NCBI GenBank assembly: GCA_049999805.1
Contig: JBNGIO010005956.1
Location: forward strand, 1-51,613
Direction of reading: 5' to 3'
Origin: Folioceros fuciformis
Lineage: Eukaryota
DNA length: 51,613 bases
The position numbers were made by a program, and so were the translations under genes. This document shows, one piece after another, positions 1-13,786 of the stretch (position 1 is its first letter; each line of letters begins with the position of its first letter). The notes beneath the pieces were generated by a model. That model ran no database searches and was not told the DNA's origin. It worked only from the letters and a program-made list of their open reading frames with translations.

Positions 1-139
1 TCTTCTTTTCCCGACATGTACGTATCTCTTTTTTTCCCAATATAGTTACTATCTCATCTTATTGCCACACAGTTGACATACCAAAACAAAACTAAAAAAT
101 CCAAAAAAACCTTCACTATCTTATAAGAATGGGCTACAT

Positions 140-480
140 AATCTTGCACTCTTCTCATGGTGAGTACTCATGCTCAGTAGAGTGTAGGAATTTCGTTGCC
201 GGCTGTGTGCTATCATAGCACTTGGTTGTAGTCCAAGTGCTTGACCGGCTGTGTGCTTAGTGTGGTCGAAGTGCTTGGAGGAGGGCTCATATTATTTCAT
301 GGCACCCCTGCAAGTTGCTTCCATTGTGAATGGTTGTTGTGTGAGTTGCTTTGCCGTGGGTGTGTGGTGATACCTGTGCTAATGTGGGCTTGAGGTTAGA
401 CTCTAGGGAAAGACTCCTTAGAGGTTCTCTCTAACAGGTGTGAGCATGCAATAACCAGCCCAAGGAAAAACTTGTTAGTT
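140..480 (-). repeat. Retroelement fragment, inverted copy of about 2985-3295
   Basis: Reverse complement matches 2985-3295 (e.g. gcacccctgcaagttgcttcc vs ggaagcaacttgcaagggtgc; cccaaggaaaaacttg vs caagtttttccttggg). Confidence 0.75.
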
Positions 481-949
481 TGGAGCAAACCCCACAAAGT
501 TGTGTCATGAGGGTGATATGGAATCAGTGAGCTTAAAGACAGTGTTCGAGGAAGGGTGGGGAAGTGAGAAAGCATTTAGAAGGTTGCTGTGAGACTAAAT
601 TTTGGGGCGCTGATTTAGTTTGGTAAATTGCACATTTGACTTTTTTGTCCGTGCTTAGCTTAGGACAAGTGGTGGTGCCGGTTGTGTGTTTACACAGTGC
701 TTGGTAGGATCACGGGGTGCGGTNNNNNNNNNNNNNNNNNNNNNNNNNNNNNNNNNNNNNNNNNNNNNNNNNNNNNNNNNNNNNNNNNNNNNNNNNNNNN
801 NNNNNNNNNNNNNNNNNNNNNNNGTGTTTACACAGTGCTTGGTAGGATCACGGGGTGCGGTGGCCAGGGCTGGGGGGTTACTAGCCCTTGATTGTAAGGG
901 TGCATCTTTCTCTTGACCTATTCGCTCTTTTTCCTTGGTTGGAAAAGGG

Positions 950-1142
950 CTAGTAAGAAAGGTAGCCTCTCCATCCATCTAACCATCCATATGAGAGAGA
1001 AAGAGAGAGAGGAATGCTACCGCTCCTACGTAGGAACGAAACCCATCGTCTCAACAACAATGGGATAAGTGTGGTCACTACAAGTAGCCCAAGGTCCCCT
1101 CCCCCTCCTGGGTGGTGAGGTGCCCAGGGTTTTGCCACCACA
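950..1142 (+). mobile_element. 3' part of an LTR (ends ...ccaccaCA), gypsy-like
   Basis: Diverged direct repeat of 9437-9630; ends in CA and is followed within 5 nt by a PBS-like sequence. Confidence 0.7.
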
Positions 1143-1146
1143 TTTT

Positions 1147-1164
1147 TGGCGCCATTACTAGGGA
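1147..1164 (+). promoter_or_regulatory. Degenerate primer-binding site (TGGCGCCattactaggga)
   Basis: Resembles TGGCGCCGTTGCCGGGGA, the tRNA-Asp-complementary PBS of Athila-type elements; the differences are G>A and C>T transitions. Confidence 0.6.
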
Positions 1165-2629
1165 GTGGCTTCTGAGTTGTTTTCCTTTCTTTCTATCTTG
1201 ATGGAGAGTCTAAAGGTTGATGTAGATGTCTGGTGGAAGAGGTGACCATTGACATGGTGGAGGGAGAAGAGCTTCAACCCCTTCACCAAGAGATCAACGT
1301 GCAACAAGAAGGGCTTTGCTACGAGGAGACAGTAGCTTGGGTGTCAATGTTATCACAATTGCGGAGGAGCTTCCCTTACCATATGAAGGGTACGAGTTGG
1401 GAGAGTCAGTTGCTAGAGAATGTCTCATCCAGGAGGAGTTGTGGTAGTACATGCGGCTGTGGGTAGGAGCCCCACAACTGACGGGTGGTTAGTATTGAAA
1501 GGGGCTTTGTCTTACAGGTAGTTGGCTTAATGTTAGTCCCAACTAACTGTCAAGTAGTGGTCTCGTCGCTGGACAACCCACAAACATTGATAGTGTCTAG
1601 ACAGTTTCTTTGTCAATCCTTGTCCCACTGTCAGTTTCAGAATCATTGTCAAGAGGAATTGCTTTCCATCTCGTCAGTGTTAGTCAGGTGAGGGGAGCAT
1701 TGTAAGAAGTTGTAAGTGTGATAGGAGTGAGCTTGACATTGAACAAGAACTGTCCTACAGTTTGTCGAGAAGTTATAGGCTAGAACCTTATCTAGAAGAC
1801 CAGGGAGGGCCTCTACGAGTAGTAACCTATGGTCCGGTGTGGTACCGGATCATAGGTTCGATTTAATATGAGGTCCGGACATAGGTTCAATTTTATGCTA
1901 AAACACATTAATTTATATATAAATAATTTAGATAATATTAAATAATGACTTAAATAATTTATGAATCGGCTACCTCGGGCAGGGATTAGCCAATTGTCTG
2001 TTGGCACTAACTTTTATCAGGTGAAGGTAGACAATAGGTGTCGACTAGGGCACAGGAAGAAGCTCAAAGCTGGCAGCTTAACCAACACCTCCAAAGGCTG
2101 GGGTTGTGAGGAGAATCGGAGCTAAGTGTCGATCAACGACCAACCAAGGAGTCCAGAGAGGTGTTATGGTTTTCTGCCTGGAGAGATAACACGGGAAGGA
2201 AGCCCAAGCCTTGAGAAATCGGGCAGATCATCGGGGCTGTGACAAATCAAGCTAGGCGTGCAGGCCAGTGGAAATTGCAAGACCAGGGCTGGATTGAAAG
2301 TGATGTGAGAACTCAACCTCCACGAGTTTGGACTAGTCTAATCCATGGGCAGGTAGACCGGACAGTAGGTGTGAGGAGACTGGACCCTGCATAATAAAAT
2401 CGGGAGCCTAGGAGAATGTAGAGGGTGTGAGCCAGACCACAAATGTGGCCCGACCCCCTTTCCCATTCCTCCATTCCTTCTTATTTTCCTCTTGTCTCGT
2501 TGTCCCATTTTCTTCTACCCCGTCGTGCTCCCTCTCCCTCCTTCCTTTCCCCCTCCCATCCTACTCTATCCCCGTCCCAGCGGAGCCCCCTCACCCCACC
2601 CCTGCATGAGGCAGCTTGGTGATGATCAC

Positions 2630-4700
2630 CAAACATGGATATGGGCGAGCGGGTCTGGTACCCCTACCAGGCACCCGCTCACATGTATCGTGGCCACATC
2701 AATCCCATGGTCATTGTAGGCTTCCCTGGAATCGCTCCCCTCAGAGCCTGATCAGCTACGTCTATCTTTCCCCTACAATAGTCAACACTCTCAATCACGT
2801 ACCTACTAATCCTGCAACACGTCCAGATAGTGGGAGGGCACCATTCCCTCATTTAGAAGGACCCCAGTACACCCCCCTACCGATTTCTACTTGATTACAC
2901 TCAATACCCTTTCCTCACAAGGCTCCCTACGACGCCTTCCTCAACCCAACAATCTAGCTACTTGTCTCCCTATGTACAACGACCAACAAGTTTTTCCTTG
3001 GGCCGGTTGTTGCGTGCTTGTGCTTGCTAGCGAGAACTTCTAGGGAGTCTTTCCCTGGAGTCTATCCTCAAGCCAACAGTCACACAGGTATTGCCACACA
3101 CCTACAGGAGCACAACAACCATTCACAAGGGAAGCAACTTGCAAGGGTGCCCATGGAAGAATATGAGCCCTCCGCCAAGCACTTCGACTACTGCAACTCT
3201 AGCCACAACGAGGCACTGTGATGGCACACAGCCAGCAATAAGATTCCTACGCTCCGCTAAGCATGAGAACTCGCAATGAGAAGAGTGCAAAATGTGGTGG
3301 TTCATTTCTTTGTGTAGCCCCTCCTTATAGGGGAGATCGACACATGAACCCTCTCCTACATGTAGGTGGTGGGCTACCCTTCTGTCACACTAGGCACCAC
3401 CAACTTTAATTGTGCACACCTACCAAGAGGCTAAGACCTACCAATAATTGCTAGGGCAGTGTGCGCCGCTGAAGATTAGGACTGCCATAGAAGATTCCAA
3501 AAAGGTGTGGCTAAGACTGCTCCTGAAGGGAGGCAGAGTCTGAAGGGTGAGCTACTGGGCCCCCCTCCATTATTGGGATCCACGAGCCTTCCCTGTACCT
3601 TCCTCTGTGTGGATCTCTTGGGACATCCCTTCACCACCACCTACAGGTTCAGTAGGGAAGGAATCCACTTGTTCTTCAACTTGAGGTTCCTTCCCTCCAT
3701 AGGGTGAAAATGTCCTCCCCTAGGTAGGGTCCTTGTTGCTTCGCTCGTAGGTAGGTTCCCTACGATTCTATGGGCAAGTGGACATGGTATCCCTACCAGG
3801 CACCCGCTCACATGTATCGTGGCCACATCAATCCCACGGTCGTTGTAGGTTTCCCTGGAATCGCTCCCCTCTGAGCCTAGTCAGCTACGTCTATCGCTCC
3901 CCTACACTAGTCAACTCTCCCAACCACGTACCTACCAATCTGACCACACGTCCCATCAATAGGTAGGCACCATTCCTTCACTTGGAAGGGCCCCAGTACC
4001 TCCCCTACCGATTTCTACCTCCCTACACTCGATACCTTTTCCTCACAAGGCTCCCTACAACACCTTCCTCTACCCCCAATCTAGTTGCTCGTCTCCCTAC
4101 ACCCAGCAACCAACGAGTTTCCTCCGAGCCTACTCCGCTCCCTCCAACTCTGTTTATCATTCGCCTACGACATTCAACCTTTCCCAGCGCGTACCTTCAA
4201 CACGTCCAGTCAGTAGGCAGGCACCATTCATTCCTTCACTTGGAAGAGCCCCAGTACCTCCCCTACCAACTTCCAACTACCTACACCCAGCACCTTTCCC
4301 CACAAGTCTCCTCACAACACCTTCTACACGGTCCAACTCCACGTTTCCCTACTTCCAAGACTCCCAACTAGACATCACAAGAACCTTTGCGATCGGCAAT
4401 AGAAAGGGCACTTGCAGCTCCCCCTTCTGCCAGGATGTCCACGCAGGCTTACGAAAATTGGTTCTCTATTCGTCACGAAACACTTACAATCAAAGAACAG
4501 GGGCCTTTGGCTCAAGTTCTTCGTTCTACTTATATAGGATGGTAGACAGCTTCGTACCTACCACTAGCTGCGGCCAGCTTTAACTACGCACACCTACCAA
4601 GAGGCTAAGACCTACCAAAAGTTGCTAAGGCAGTGCGCGCCGATGAAGATTAGGACTGTCGGTGCAGCCATAGAAGATTCGTTGACCCCCTTTTTCAAAA
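2630..4700. mobile_element. Internally duplicated blocks of the Athila/Tat-like element family
   Basis: 2630-2990 repeats at 3775-4125; 3410-3760 repeats the ORF end at 4590-4990; further copies at 15660-16470 (inverted) and 46660-47620. Confidence 0.7.
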
Positions 4701-4708
4701 AGGTATGG

Positions 4709-7200
4709 CTAGGATGGCTCTTGAAGGGAGGTAGAGTCTGAAGGTTGAGCCACTGGGCCCCCCTCCATTATTGGGATTTGTCTTCTTTTGGATCCACAAG
4801 CTTCCACCGTACCTTCCTCTGTGTGGATCTCTTGGGCTATCCCTTCACCACCACCTACAAGTTTGGTAGGGGAGGGTTCCCCTTGTTCCTCAACTTGAGG
4901 CTCCTTCCCTACGTAGGGTGGGAATGTTCCCTCCGTAGGTAGGGTACCTACCATTCCTACCCCTCCTCTCGTAGGTAGGTTTCCTACGGGAGTAGGTACC
5001 CCTTGTTGCGTGCTCTTCCTAGCCCATAGCAGCTCCTCAAGTTCCGATTGTGAGCTCTCCAGGTCCATACTGCTGTCCTCTTGAAAGTCTGTTGGTAGAG
5101 GCACTGTCTCCAGGGCCTCACGGTCGTCATCATGTGGCCCAAGATACCTTCGCCTTGCCAATGCTGCTAGTTCCTTGTGATGAGCGAGTGGACGTTGGTG
5201 TAGGTGGAGGTTGCGATTATGTTGAGCTAAATCTATGGTATCCATGTCAACAACCCAATCCCCACCCTCGCATCTACTCTTGTAGATATCCCGTTCAGCC
5301 TTCATCGCCCCTACCTTCAACTGTAGGTCAAGGTTTTCTTGATGAGTTGCATGAAGCTTGGTCATGCACCCCGTCAAGTAGGCATAGTCAGCACGAAACC
5401 TACGAGCTCGAACCACCAGCATCCTGTGAATCTTGGTCTGATGCTCAGCTACTTGTTGTGCTTTCTCCTGCTGAAGGTCTTCTAATTGGATGGTCAATTG
5501 TTCCCTCTCCACTCGCTCTCGTTGCCCTGCTTCAAGTCGTTGCTGGAGTTCCTGGTGCGCTTTAGCATTCTGTGCCTCCAACTCATCTAGCTTGCCTTGT
5601 AAATCCTTTGCAACATAGACTTGTTCCCGTAGCTGTTCCTCCACCACCTTCGTAGTTTCCTCAGACTGGGCGAGGTCCCTTCGACATGCAATGATCTCAT
5701 GTGATAAACCTTGTTGGGAAGTTTGCAACGTGGTCACCTGCTGGGTCAACTTCTCCAGCCCTTGCCTTTGCTCACCATCCTTGAGGGGATACTGTTCTCG
5801 CTCCTTTTCCAATTCCTGCACTTTGGATTCTAGTCGTGCCTGGTTTGCATCCCGACTTATGTCTTCCTGTAGTAGGGTTGCAATCATTGCACGGGCCTCT
5901 CCCCAATTGATGTGTTGTAGCTGTTGGCCACACTGAATGATGTTGCTCCACACTCCCAACGAAGTATCGTTACCTTGGCTTGTGGCGTGTGCTCCTCGGG
6001 CTGCTTCCCAATTCACTGGGCTCCTTCTCCCCAAATCTGGTGCTCCACTGTGTGCTTGCACTACTGGTGTCATCGCCAAATCCCCTACCTGGTACCCTAC
6101 CTCAACTATTGGCTGGCTTAGTCTAGGATCCCTCACTGTCTCCATCTCAGTTGGGGCGGAATTTAGGGCTGCGGGGGTGGTGACTGATGGTAGCCTTCGG
6201 TCCCTTTGCTGCTCCCTAGGTCTCCGTATCAACGGGGTGTCATCTTCATCAGACTCATCATAGGCTGCCATGGCTGATTCGGAATCAAGTGGGGACTCCT
6301 CATCCGTAAGAGGGATCGACACTCTACCGGAAATAAAAGCCTCCTCCTACAACGGGACAACTACAAAAGGTTGTTCCGCCTCCTCCAACTCCTCTTGTGT
6401 TAACAACCCTTTTGTCCTCCATAAGTGCACCAAGTAAGTCGAGAGGTAGCAAGGCCGTGCACTCCCCCCCTCCCTATCGTTCGGCTTGAGCAACTTCTCC
6501 CTGTGGTAGGTATACGCCTCATACATAATTAACCTTCAGTCTGGCTTGGCTCCTTGAGAGTCACTCTCCAAAGGAAGTGGAAGAAAGCATTGCTGAAGTA
6601 TGAGGTGCGTTGATAGTTCACCAATCCAAGAACCACCTTAGTGAACAACCACCATTTGAGCTCCTTGATCCTCTCACTCCTCCTCCCGTTCTTGGTTCTT
6701 GCTGGCTCTCCTACCAACAACAATTCTAGTGCCCCAGATGGTAGGGTGGTGCTGGGTGACCTCCGCCCATCTATGGTTTTATCCAGGATCCCAATACCAT
6801 CGCTCTCTTCTTCCGACCTACCATACACCTGTCATATGCTCCGGATAGTCCAACATCGAGGGTCAGTCCTCGCGTTTCGTTCAGGTAGGGCTTCTAACTC
6901 CTCCTTCGATTGCTGTAGGTTGGTATAGCACTCCTTCACCAAGCCTTCATGAGCATACGACCAGTGTTTGCCATATATCCAATCAAGCTGGATGTTAGCA
7001 TCACATGCCCAAAATCCGTAGGTCTATCAAATCCCTTGAGTTCATTTGGCCCCCAAAGCAAGAAAAGGACGGAAAATTGGTTTGGGGAGAGCTGGCTGCC
7101 CTCGTGGGTCATCCCCTACTACCGGAACCCACCTGAGTATTGTTGGAGGTCCACGCCATACTTGATAGAACAAAACCCCAAGAATGTCGGTTGCCCTCCT
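4709..7200 (-). pseudogene. Accessory ORF of a gypsy (Athila/Tat-like) retrotransposon: N-terminal plant-transposon domain plus long coiled coil
   Basis: 537-aa open frame (4709-6322) rich in heptad Q/E/L. Upstream broken frames read LVKECYTN...WWLFTKVVLGLVNYQRTSYF...PCYLSTYLVHLWRTKGLLTQEE, interrupted by stops and a frameshift. The upstream boundary is approximate. Confidence 0.6.
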
Positions 7201-7873
7201 TTACGCAAGGTTATACCCCTACTTCCGTAGGCAACTGCTCCTAGCTTCTGTGCAGCTGATTTCACGTCCCTTGCACGTTTCTCCCTATGGCTCTCACCAC
7301 AGCAAAGCCCTTTCTCTCTCTTTGAGTCCGCTTGGTCACAACAAGTAGGTCCCCGGCGTAGGTGTCTTGTCGCACAACTACTTCCTTATTCCCCGCTATG
7401 TAGGTAGATGTAGTTCCTTACGTGGAGGTGAGCACCCTTCGTTGATAGGACACCTTAGGTAGGGACCCCTTTAAATACCCTCTTGTCGTAGGTATACTTC
7501 TATATGTAGTAACTGCCCTTAATAGATACCCTACATAGGTGTCCCCTTTTCTGTAGGTAGCTTGCCCTTCACAACTATATTTCTTATTTGGGTACTACCT
7601 CGCATAGAGATATCCTCACTACGTGGGCATACCTCCCTATAGGTAGCCATCCCAAAGAAGGTAACTTCTTTATAATACTACCCCTTATTATCGCTACTCA
7701 TCTAACCTACCAAACCAAGACCAAACAAAACTGAAAATGCTATTAGCCGCTTCCTACCTACTGCGGGTATTTGCCAAAAACCCGCATTCCACAGATTCCC
7801 ACCCATTGTTGTAGGTAGGCTGCCTACCCCATTGCCGTAGGTGGCGTGTCTACCATATAAGTACCTTCCCTAC

Positions 7874-8083
7874 CTACGTAGGTATCTTCTATTTTCCCCA
7901 CGTAGGTACTCTCTCTACGTATGTAGGTAGATATTCTACTACGGAGGTATCTTCCATTTTCCCCACGTAGGTACTCTTTCTAAGTATGTAGGTAGATATT
8001 CTACTACGTAGGTATCTTCCATTTTCCCCACGTAGGTACTCTCTCTACGTATGTAGGTAGATATTCTACTACGTACGTATCTT
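7874..8083. repeat. Tandem repeat, 65-bp unit x about 3
   Basis: aggtagatattctactacg recurs at 7925, 7990 and 8055. Confidence 0.9.
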
Positions 8084-9436
8084 CTTATCCTAACCTACCA
8101 GGCCCAAGGAAAAACTGGCTTCGTTTTGCACTGCACTGCTGGGGATCAACCCTCGCGCTGCTGCCGGAATTGTCCCACTGACTAGAGGATCTACTCACCA
8201 CACTCCCTCCCATCTACTTTCCTCCTCTCACCCCTGCCCATGCCGAATCCTAGCCTGCTCTGCACCTGTCCCAACGAGCTGCTGAATTCTAGCGCGCCCT
8301 CCCGTGCCTCCGCTGCTGAACTCCCCCTTAATTGCTTTGCTGCCATTCTCAGCGTACGTGCATTCCTCCCCTCCCGTTCGCTCTCTCATTCTCCGTTTCC
8401 TTTTTTCTTTTTTTCTTTCCTTCTTAATTTCTATTTCTCCCTCCCTTTTCCTTGCCCCATTTCCCTAAGTTTCTTGAGTTTTCTGCCCTCTCCCAGCTTG
8501 ACCAAACTGACCTTCCAAGGTTGACCACCCATCCTTGGGTTAGAATCCAGCAACCATGCTTGCCTTGCCACTGACCCGTTTTCACCAAGGGAAGCATCAT
8601 TTTCAGGGCTACCTCTGGCTCCTGACCCCTCTCTTTCTGCAATCACTCCACCTTCTCATCCCATTGCTCTCACCAGTCCTAGGGGCCTTTTTCCACATCA
8701 CTATCTAGACATAGGATTGACCAACTGACCCTTAGGAATTTTCAGATACATGAGCAGTTACCAATTTTACTGACTTGCCTGCTAGATGCCTCTTTGCCAT
8801 CTCATTCCAGAAGGAGGTAGACTCATGTCACTCCCCACTCACACTCATGCCACTCCCCACTCACACTCATGCTGTATTTTCTTGGTTAAAAACTAACTTA
8901 CCTCACGTTAGTATACTAACTAATTAAGGGTTAATGAACCTACTGACTTGCCAATTTGAGGAACTGAAGGACTATCAAAACTTAAAGGTTGAGGGGTGGA
9001 GGTATTCAAGGAGGAGTGTGCTTCCCTTTTCATCTTTCTTGGGGTTGGCCTAGTTAGGAGGCTCCTGCCCGGTGGGGGGGAGTCAGTAGGATCAGTAGAG
9101 GTAGAATTGTGGTTAGGAAAAGCACCAAGGAGTGCTAGATAGATAGTTTGTCCTATGTCCGACAGGAGCTAGAGAGGAGCCCTCGAATCCGTGACCAAAG
9201 TGTGAGTGTTGTATAAGTGTTAGGAGGTTTGTCCTAGGGATAGAGCATAGTCTTTGGGAACATGTTCTTGAGGTCTAGTTGACCGTCCTAGGTTGTTGAT
9301 GTGACAATTGACCATGAAAACCACCTAACACGGCGTTAGTCTATGAGTTGTTTGTGGGTTGGCAAGGAAGCTGACCCAACTGTGACATAGGGGCCAAGGT
9401 AGGATAGGGAGTGGACAGGATACTTGGGAGATGAGA

Positions 9437-9630
9437 TAGTGAGAAAGGTAGTCTCTCTATGCATCTAACCAACCACATGAGAGAGAAATAGAGAGAGAAG
9501 AACGCTACCTCTCCTTCGTGAGAACGAAACCCATTGTCTCGAGAACTAAGGGATAAGTGTGGTAACTACAGGCAGACCAAGGTCCACTCCCACTTCTAGG
9601 TGGTGAGGTGCCGAGGTTTTTTCCACCACA
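9437..9630 (+). mobile_element. 3' part of an LTR (ends ...ccaccaCA)
   Basis: Diverged direct repeat of 950-1142. Confidence 0.7.
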
Positions 9631-10049
9631 ATTGCATTGACATCCCGGTGGAAGGTTGAGACGTGAGTGGTCTTCTTTCCATTGTCGATTGCAAATTTTT
9701 TTGTGGTGTCTATAGTTGGGAGTGTCGGACCTAGGGAGATGAGCAGCTGGATTGTTGGGCTGAGGAAGGTGCGTAAGGAGTTTTGTTGAGAAAGAGGTGT
9801 TGGGTGTAGGGAGCTAGCAGTCGGTAGAGGGAGAACTAGGATTCTTCTGCATGAGGAAGGTTTGGATAGGTAAGTTTGTAATTGGGAGTGTTAATTATCT
9901 CAGGTGGACAATGCATAATGCAATAGCGCTCTCGGAATGATTCCGGGAAGCCTACAATGACCATGGGTTGATGTGGCTCACCACTTGTCCTGACGGGCTA
10001 CTAACTGGCCACAATAATTGTGAGCTACGTATTGTGGGAATAATAATAC

Positions 10050-11640
10050 CATACCTGAGGTCCATAACCTATGATGAATGATGACGATAATCAGTAAAAT
10101 CAACATCGAAATCTGTAAGCCTTGTCGATGGTTGGGGCAGGCCAGTTGAGGCCCAGGATCGGCCTGTTGGTGGTGCAAGGCAAGATAAGCACATGTCAGG
10201 AGGAGACCTGTGCCGCAAGCTTGGACATGAGGTCGGGGAAGGGCTTCTAGCTCTTCGCCTGACGTAACTTAACTTTGGAGCTAAAACCGGACGTTGGCAA
10301 CTTTGCGGGGAGAAGAAAGGTGGCAACTTTGCCGGGAGCAGAAACCCCTATCCATGTTGCTGAAGTTCGCGAGTATGTGCATGCTTCATTCTCGCTGTGT
10401 TTTTTTGACCGGGTTGGGTGGAACAAATGCTTGTCTAGTTTCAAAGCTGTCAGCCGCATACTCTGCAGCGTACTGGTTATAGAATGCGATTTCTGTAGCA
10501 TACGGTGGAAGTTCAACACCATAAGAAAGCTAGCTGTCGGTATGATTGTTGATTTTCCACTCCTGCTCACGTTCTGAACAGCTTTGGATCGAATTAGCAA
10601 ACTTGAAGGAAAAGCAATCCAATTAGACAATAGAGAACCAATACCGTTGTTGTCATGTTACTCGTTGTGGCATAATTGTTCCTTGATCCTCAGCAACCTC
10701 ATGGCTAGCAGGTCAGGTGTCACTGATGAAAGTAATGACTAGGAAGCAGCCATAAACCACCGCTCTCACCAACAGAGGATAATGTAGCCGAAAGGTCACC
10801 CTCGAGTGCGGGTGCAGACAGGTCATGTTTTAATTTATTGAGCATGACATTCCACGATCAAGCGTGCCCTCGAGCCGCATCAGCACTGGACTAGAATGGG
10901 GATACTGTGCAATCCTTCGAGCTACAACATGTATGGACAGCTTGTGTAGAGCATTCCAGCTTTGCAGTACTCTGGGTACAATCACCTCCTTCGGCTTGTC
11001 AGCCTACTCGCATCTTCTGGCAGAGTGGTGATGAGGAAACTAGTGGTTAAGAACGCATTGTAAAGGAACATGACAGCCTACCACACAAGCAAGAGCGAAT
11101 TGTTTCATATTACATGGCCGAAACTGAGGAGCTTCGAGTTCCCGCCGAACGGTTCTTCCGCATATGGGCTTGTGGCAAATCCGATCTCCATTGTCGTGGA
11201 AGCGATGGTCAGAAGCGGCATTGCAGATGATGGATCCGTGCGCAGAAGTGGAGGGATGCTCGCACTCCGTGTCTGGAGTGCAATGCGGCACAGTCATAAA
11301 GCATCCAGATCAAATATACACTGCCGAGCTGTCGAGTTGCGCCCGAGCGTCATCAGGTTACAGTAACATTGATAGCCTTAATTTCGGGTGTTCTACCACT
11401 GATCCTAGACTACTGACTGCATTGCAAGCCTTATGCGTAGGATTGAACACCTGTGCGCAATGGGACAAGTAGTTCGAAACCAACGTGCATTCATCTCATT
11501 TCCAGGCATAAATTTGAATGCTGCCCGTGCATGTTGACATGACTGATAGTGATGTGATATGTTGCCCGCAGGCAAACTCATGAATGACAACTCGTTAGGT
11601 GCACGAAGCCATAGCTGCATTTGATCAATTACTCCCAAAG
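10050..11640 (+). pseudogene. Unit A: decayed LRR-like gene with a SAP-gene-derived exon end (AEVRE|gtatgt)
   Basis: Homologous to 24650-25180 and 34500-36030. Broken frames contain PKLRSFEFPPNG, IVVEAMVRSGIADDGS and LLTALQAL; many stops. Confidence 0.45.
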
Positions 11641-12284
11641 CTAGGCATGCATCATGCTTAAAGGAGAAGTCTCAAGCTCAATGAGCTTGACCAAACTGAT
11701 CAGTCTCTCGTGCTGATATTATCTTCTCCCAGCCGAGAGCCGGTTAACATTCTGTAGCCGACAGTTCCGGCCTATCATCTCTTTGCAGGTTGGAAACTTG
11801 CTAGGGAGGTCGAAACGTTTTAAAGTTTCACAGCTGTCGCCCGCGCCATGGAGTACTGCAAAACAATGCTTGATATACATATGTCAAGCTATTTATGGTA
11901 TGTATTGCATCATGTTGAACAAAGGCCCAGCGATTTGTTTGTCTCCAAACGTTTCCTCATCAATCCAGGTCGACTTCTCATGTGAGTGAGTATATGAGAT
12001 CAATACCGCGTGTTGCTGCAAAGGTCAAACATCTCCTGCCAAACAGACAGACAGGAGATGGATGACAGGGTAGGGAACAGCTGTGGCCACATCTACGGAG
12101 CTCATGTTGTGGATGGGCACCGTCGCAGATGTAGCTGAAGCTATGCACCTGATATGGCAGCTCACACAAATCTGTCTGACAAGATAGATTGCAGCTCCAC
12201 AAATACTGTGTTGTCAGGCCACACACTAATTGATATCCATCTAACTCCAAATCTCCCCAGGGCCACAACTAATAGATATCCATT

Positions 12285-13190
12285 TCACTTCAACTCTCCC
12301 ACGTCATCTGAATCGTCTGACAGCAAGAAAGGGAAACGAGTCGGTGACTGTAGCTCCTTCTCTGATGACTCCTCTGCGATCCAAGTTTGCACACACATCA
12401 GTATGTATAGTAATGTAGAGCGCATCTATGTATGAGAAACCTAGGGGGTACAAAAAAAAAAGCAACGACAACCATTTGCATACATCGTTCAACCACAATC
12501 AGCATTGTCGACGATCGCCTCAAGGACACCGGTCCCTCCCTTCTACAATCCAGACATAATGAACACAGGCCATGCTCGTTGAGCTCAAAATCTTTACGAC
12601 ATTGATGCTAGCAGTCGTCTGAACAAGTTAACTGCTAGAGAGCAAGCGAGTGCATTATGATCATCTGCCCATCTTCCAAGCACAACATCACCAAGTTCGG
12701 AAAAAGTTTTAGCCCACCCTGGACGTCCTCTTGGCCCTCTTGAACAACTCTATGAAAGCCCTGACCTTGGCTACAAGTAAAACCGGTCGACCGACGTCAT
12801 TAGCTTTACTCAGATATGCTTCCGCCATGACTTCTCTGATTATGGAACAAGACCACGGTGTGCCTCAAAAGGCGCTAGGACTCAACGTGCGTCCACCTGG
12901 TCACAACACATAAGCACAAAGTTTATTTCCGGATTCAACTCAAATTCAGACGATCTTATGCACATTATTCATGACAACGATATTCGGATCCAGTCACACT
13001 ACATAGATGCTGCAATTCAAGCGTTACAAGATAAGACGTACAGACTTATGGGTCCGGGCGCCATACCTTTGCAGCACTTCCCCGGATCAAAAGTGCACAC
13101 AAACAGGAACTTACCGGACTCATAAATTTGCACCCTGCCAAAGGTTGTGCAACCTTGGCTTCCTTTGCAGATGGCGCACACTCATCATCA
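12285..13190 (-). pseudogene. Unit A: ULTRAPETALA-like SAND gene pseudogene
   Basis: Exons VCAICKGSQGCTTFGRVQIYESGKFLFVCTFDPGKCCK|gtatgg; GRTLSPSAF followed by a +1 frameshift and in-frame TAA/TGA; a short exon KGGTGVLEAIVDNAD; last exon ...TRFPFLLSDDSDDVGELK*. The 5' end is missing next to the Copia remnant. Confidence 0.8.
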
Positions 13191-13399
13191 GATTTGTGAA
13201 GGCGCATAACTCCATCATCAGATTTGCGAAGGCGCATAGATTTTACGGAAGCGTAGAACAAAAAGTGTCTATATTGAAAAGTGAACAAAGACAATGTTTG
13301 AAGAACATATAAAAGTAGTTATAAAAATTGAATCTAAGATGCCTATTCATATCACAGTAACTTAAGTAATCAATAAAGTATAATCCTCAAACGTGCCCT

Positions 13400-13511
13400 A
13401 ACTAGGACTCTAATACCCATAACCTCTACACTCCTACTAGGGCTCTAATACCCANNNNNNNNNNTACACTCCTACTAGGGCTCTAATACCCATAACCTCT
13501 ACACTCCTACT
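13400..13511. repeat. About 35-bp tandem repeat spanning an N gap
   Basis: ctctaatacccataacctctacactcctactaggg repeated. Confidence 0.75.
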
Positions 13512-13786
13512 CACGTTTGAAGCAACATGAATAAGAGAAACAAACTAACACGTCCAATGCACTCTTGATAAGAAGAGAAATATATAGCAAGTTAGCGTAT
13601 GTGTAGAGGAGCTCCCACTTAAGAATAACCATTTGATAAGTCCACAAGGCCTAAAGCAAAAGAGAAATATTGGTCCTTGGCCTTGGATAAACCTTTTGTA
13701 AATACATTTGTCAGGTTCTCCTCCTCTGTTGGGATGTATTCAATAGTTACATGATGCCCGGAGACTAGCTGTCTAATAAAATGATG

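Noticed and set aside
683-861. 38-bp direct repeat and ORFs spanning the 100-N gap
   Set aside because: Identical sequence on both sides of an assembly gap; probably a collapsed repeat or scaffolding artefact.
1838-2441. Possible solo LTR bounded by TGTGGT...ACCACA
   Set aside because: No target-site duplication and no second copy in the window; boundaries cannot be supported.
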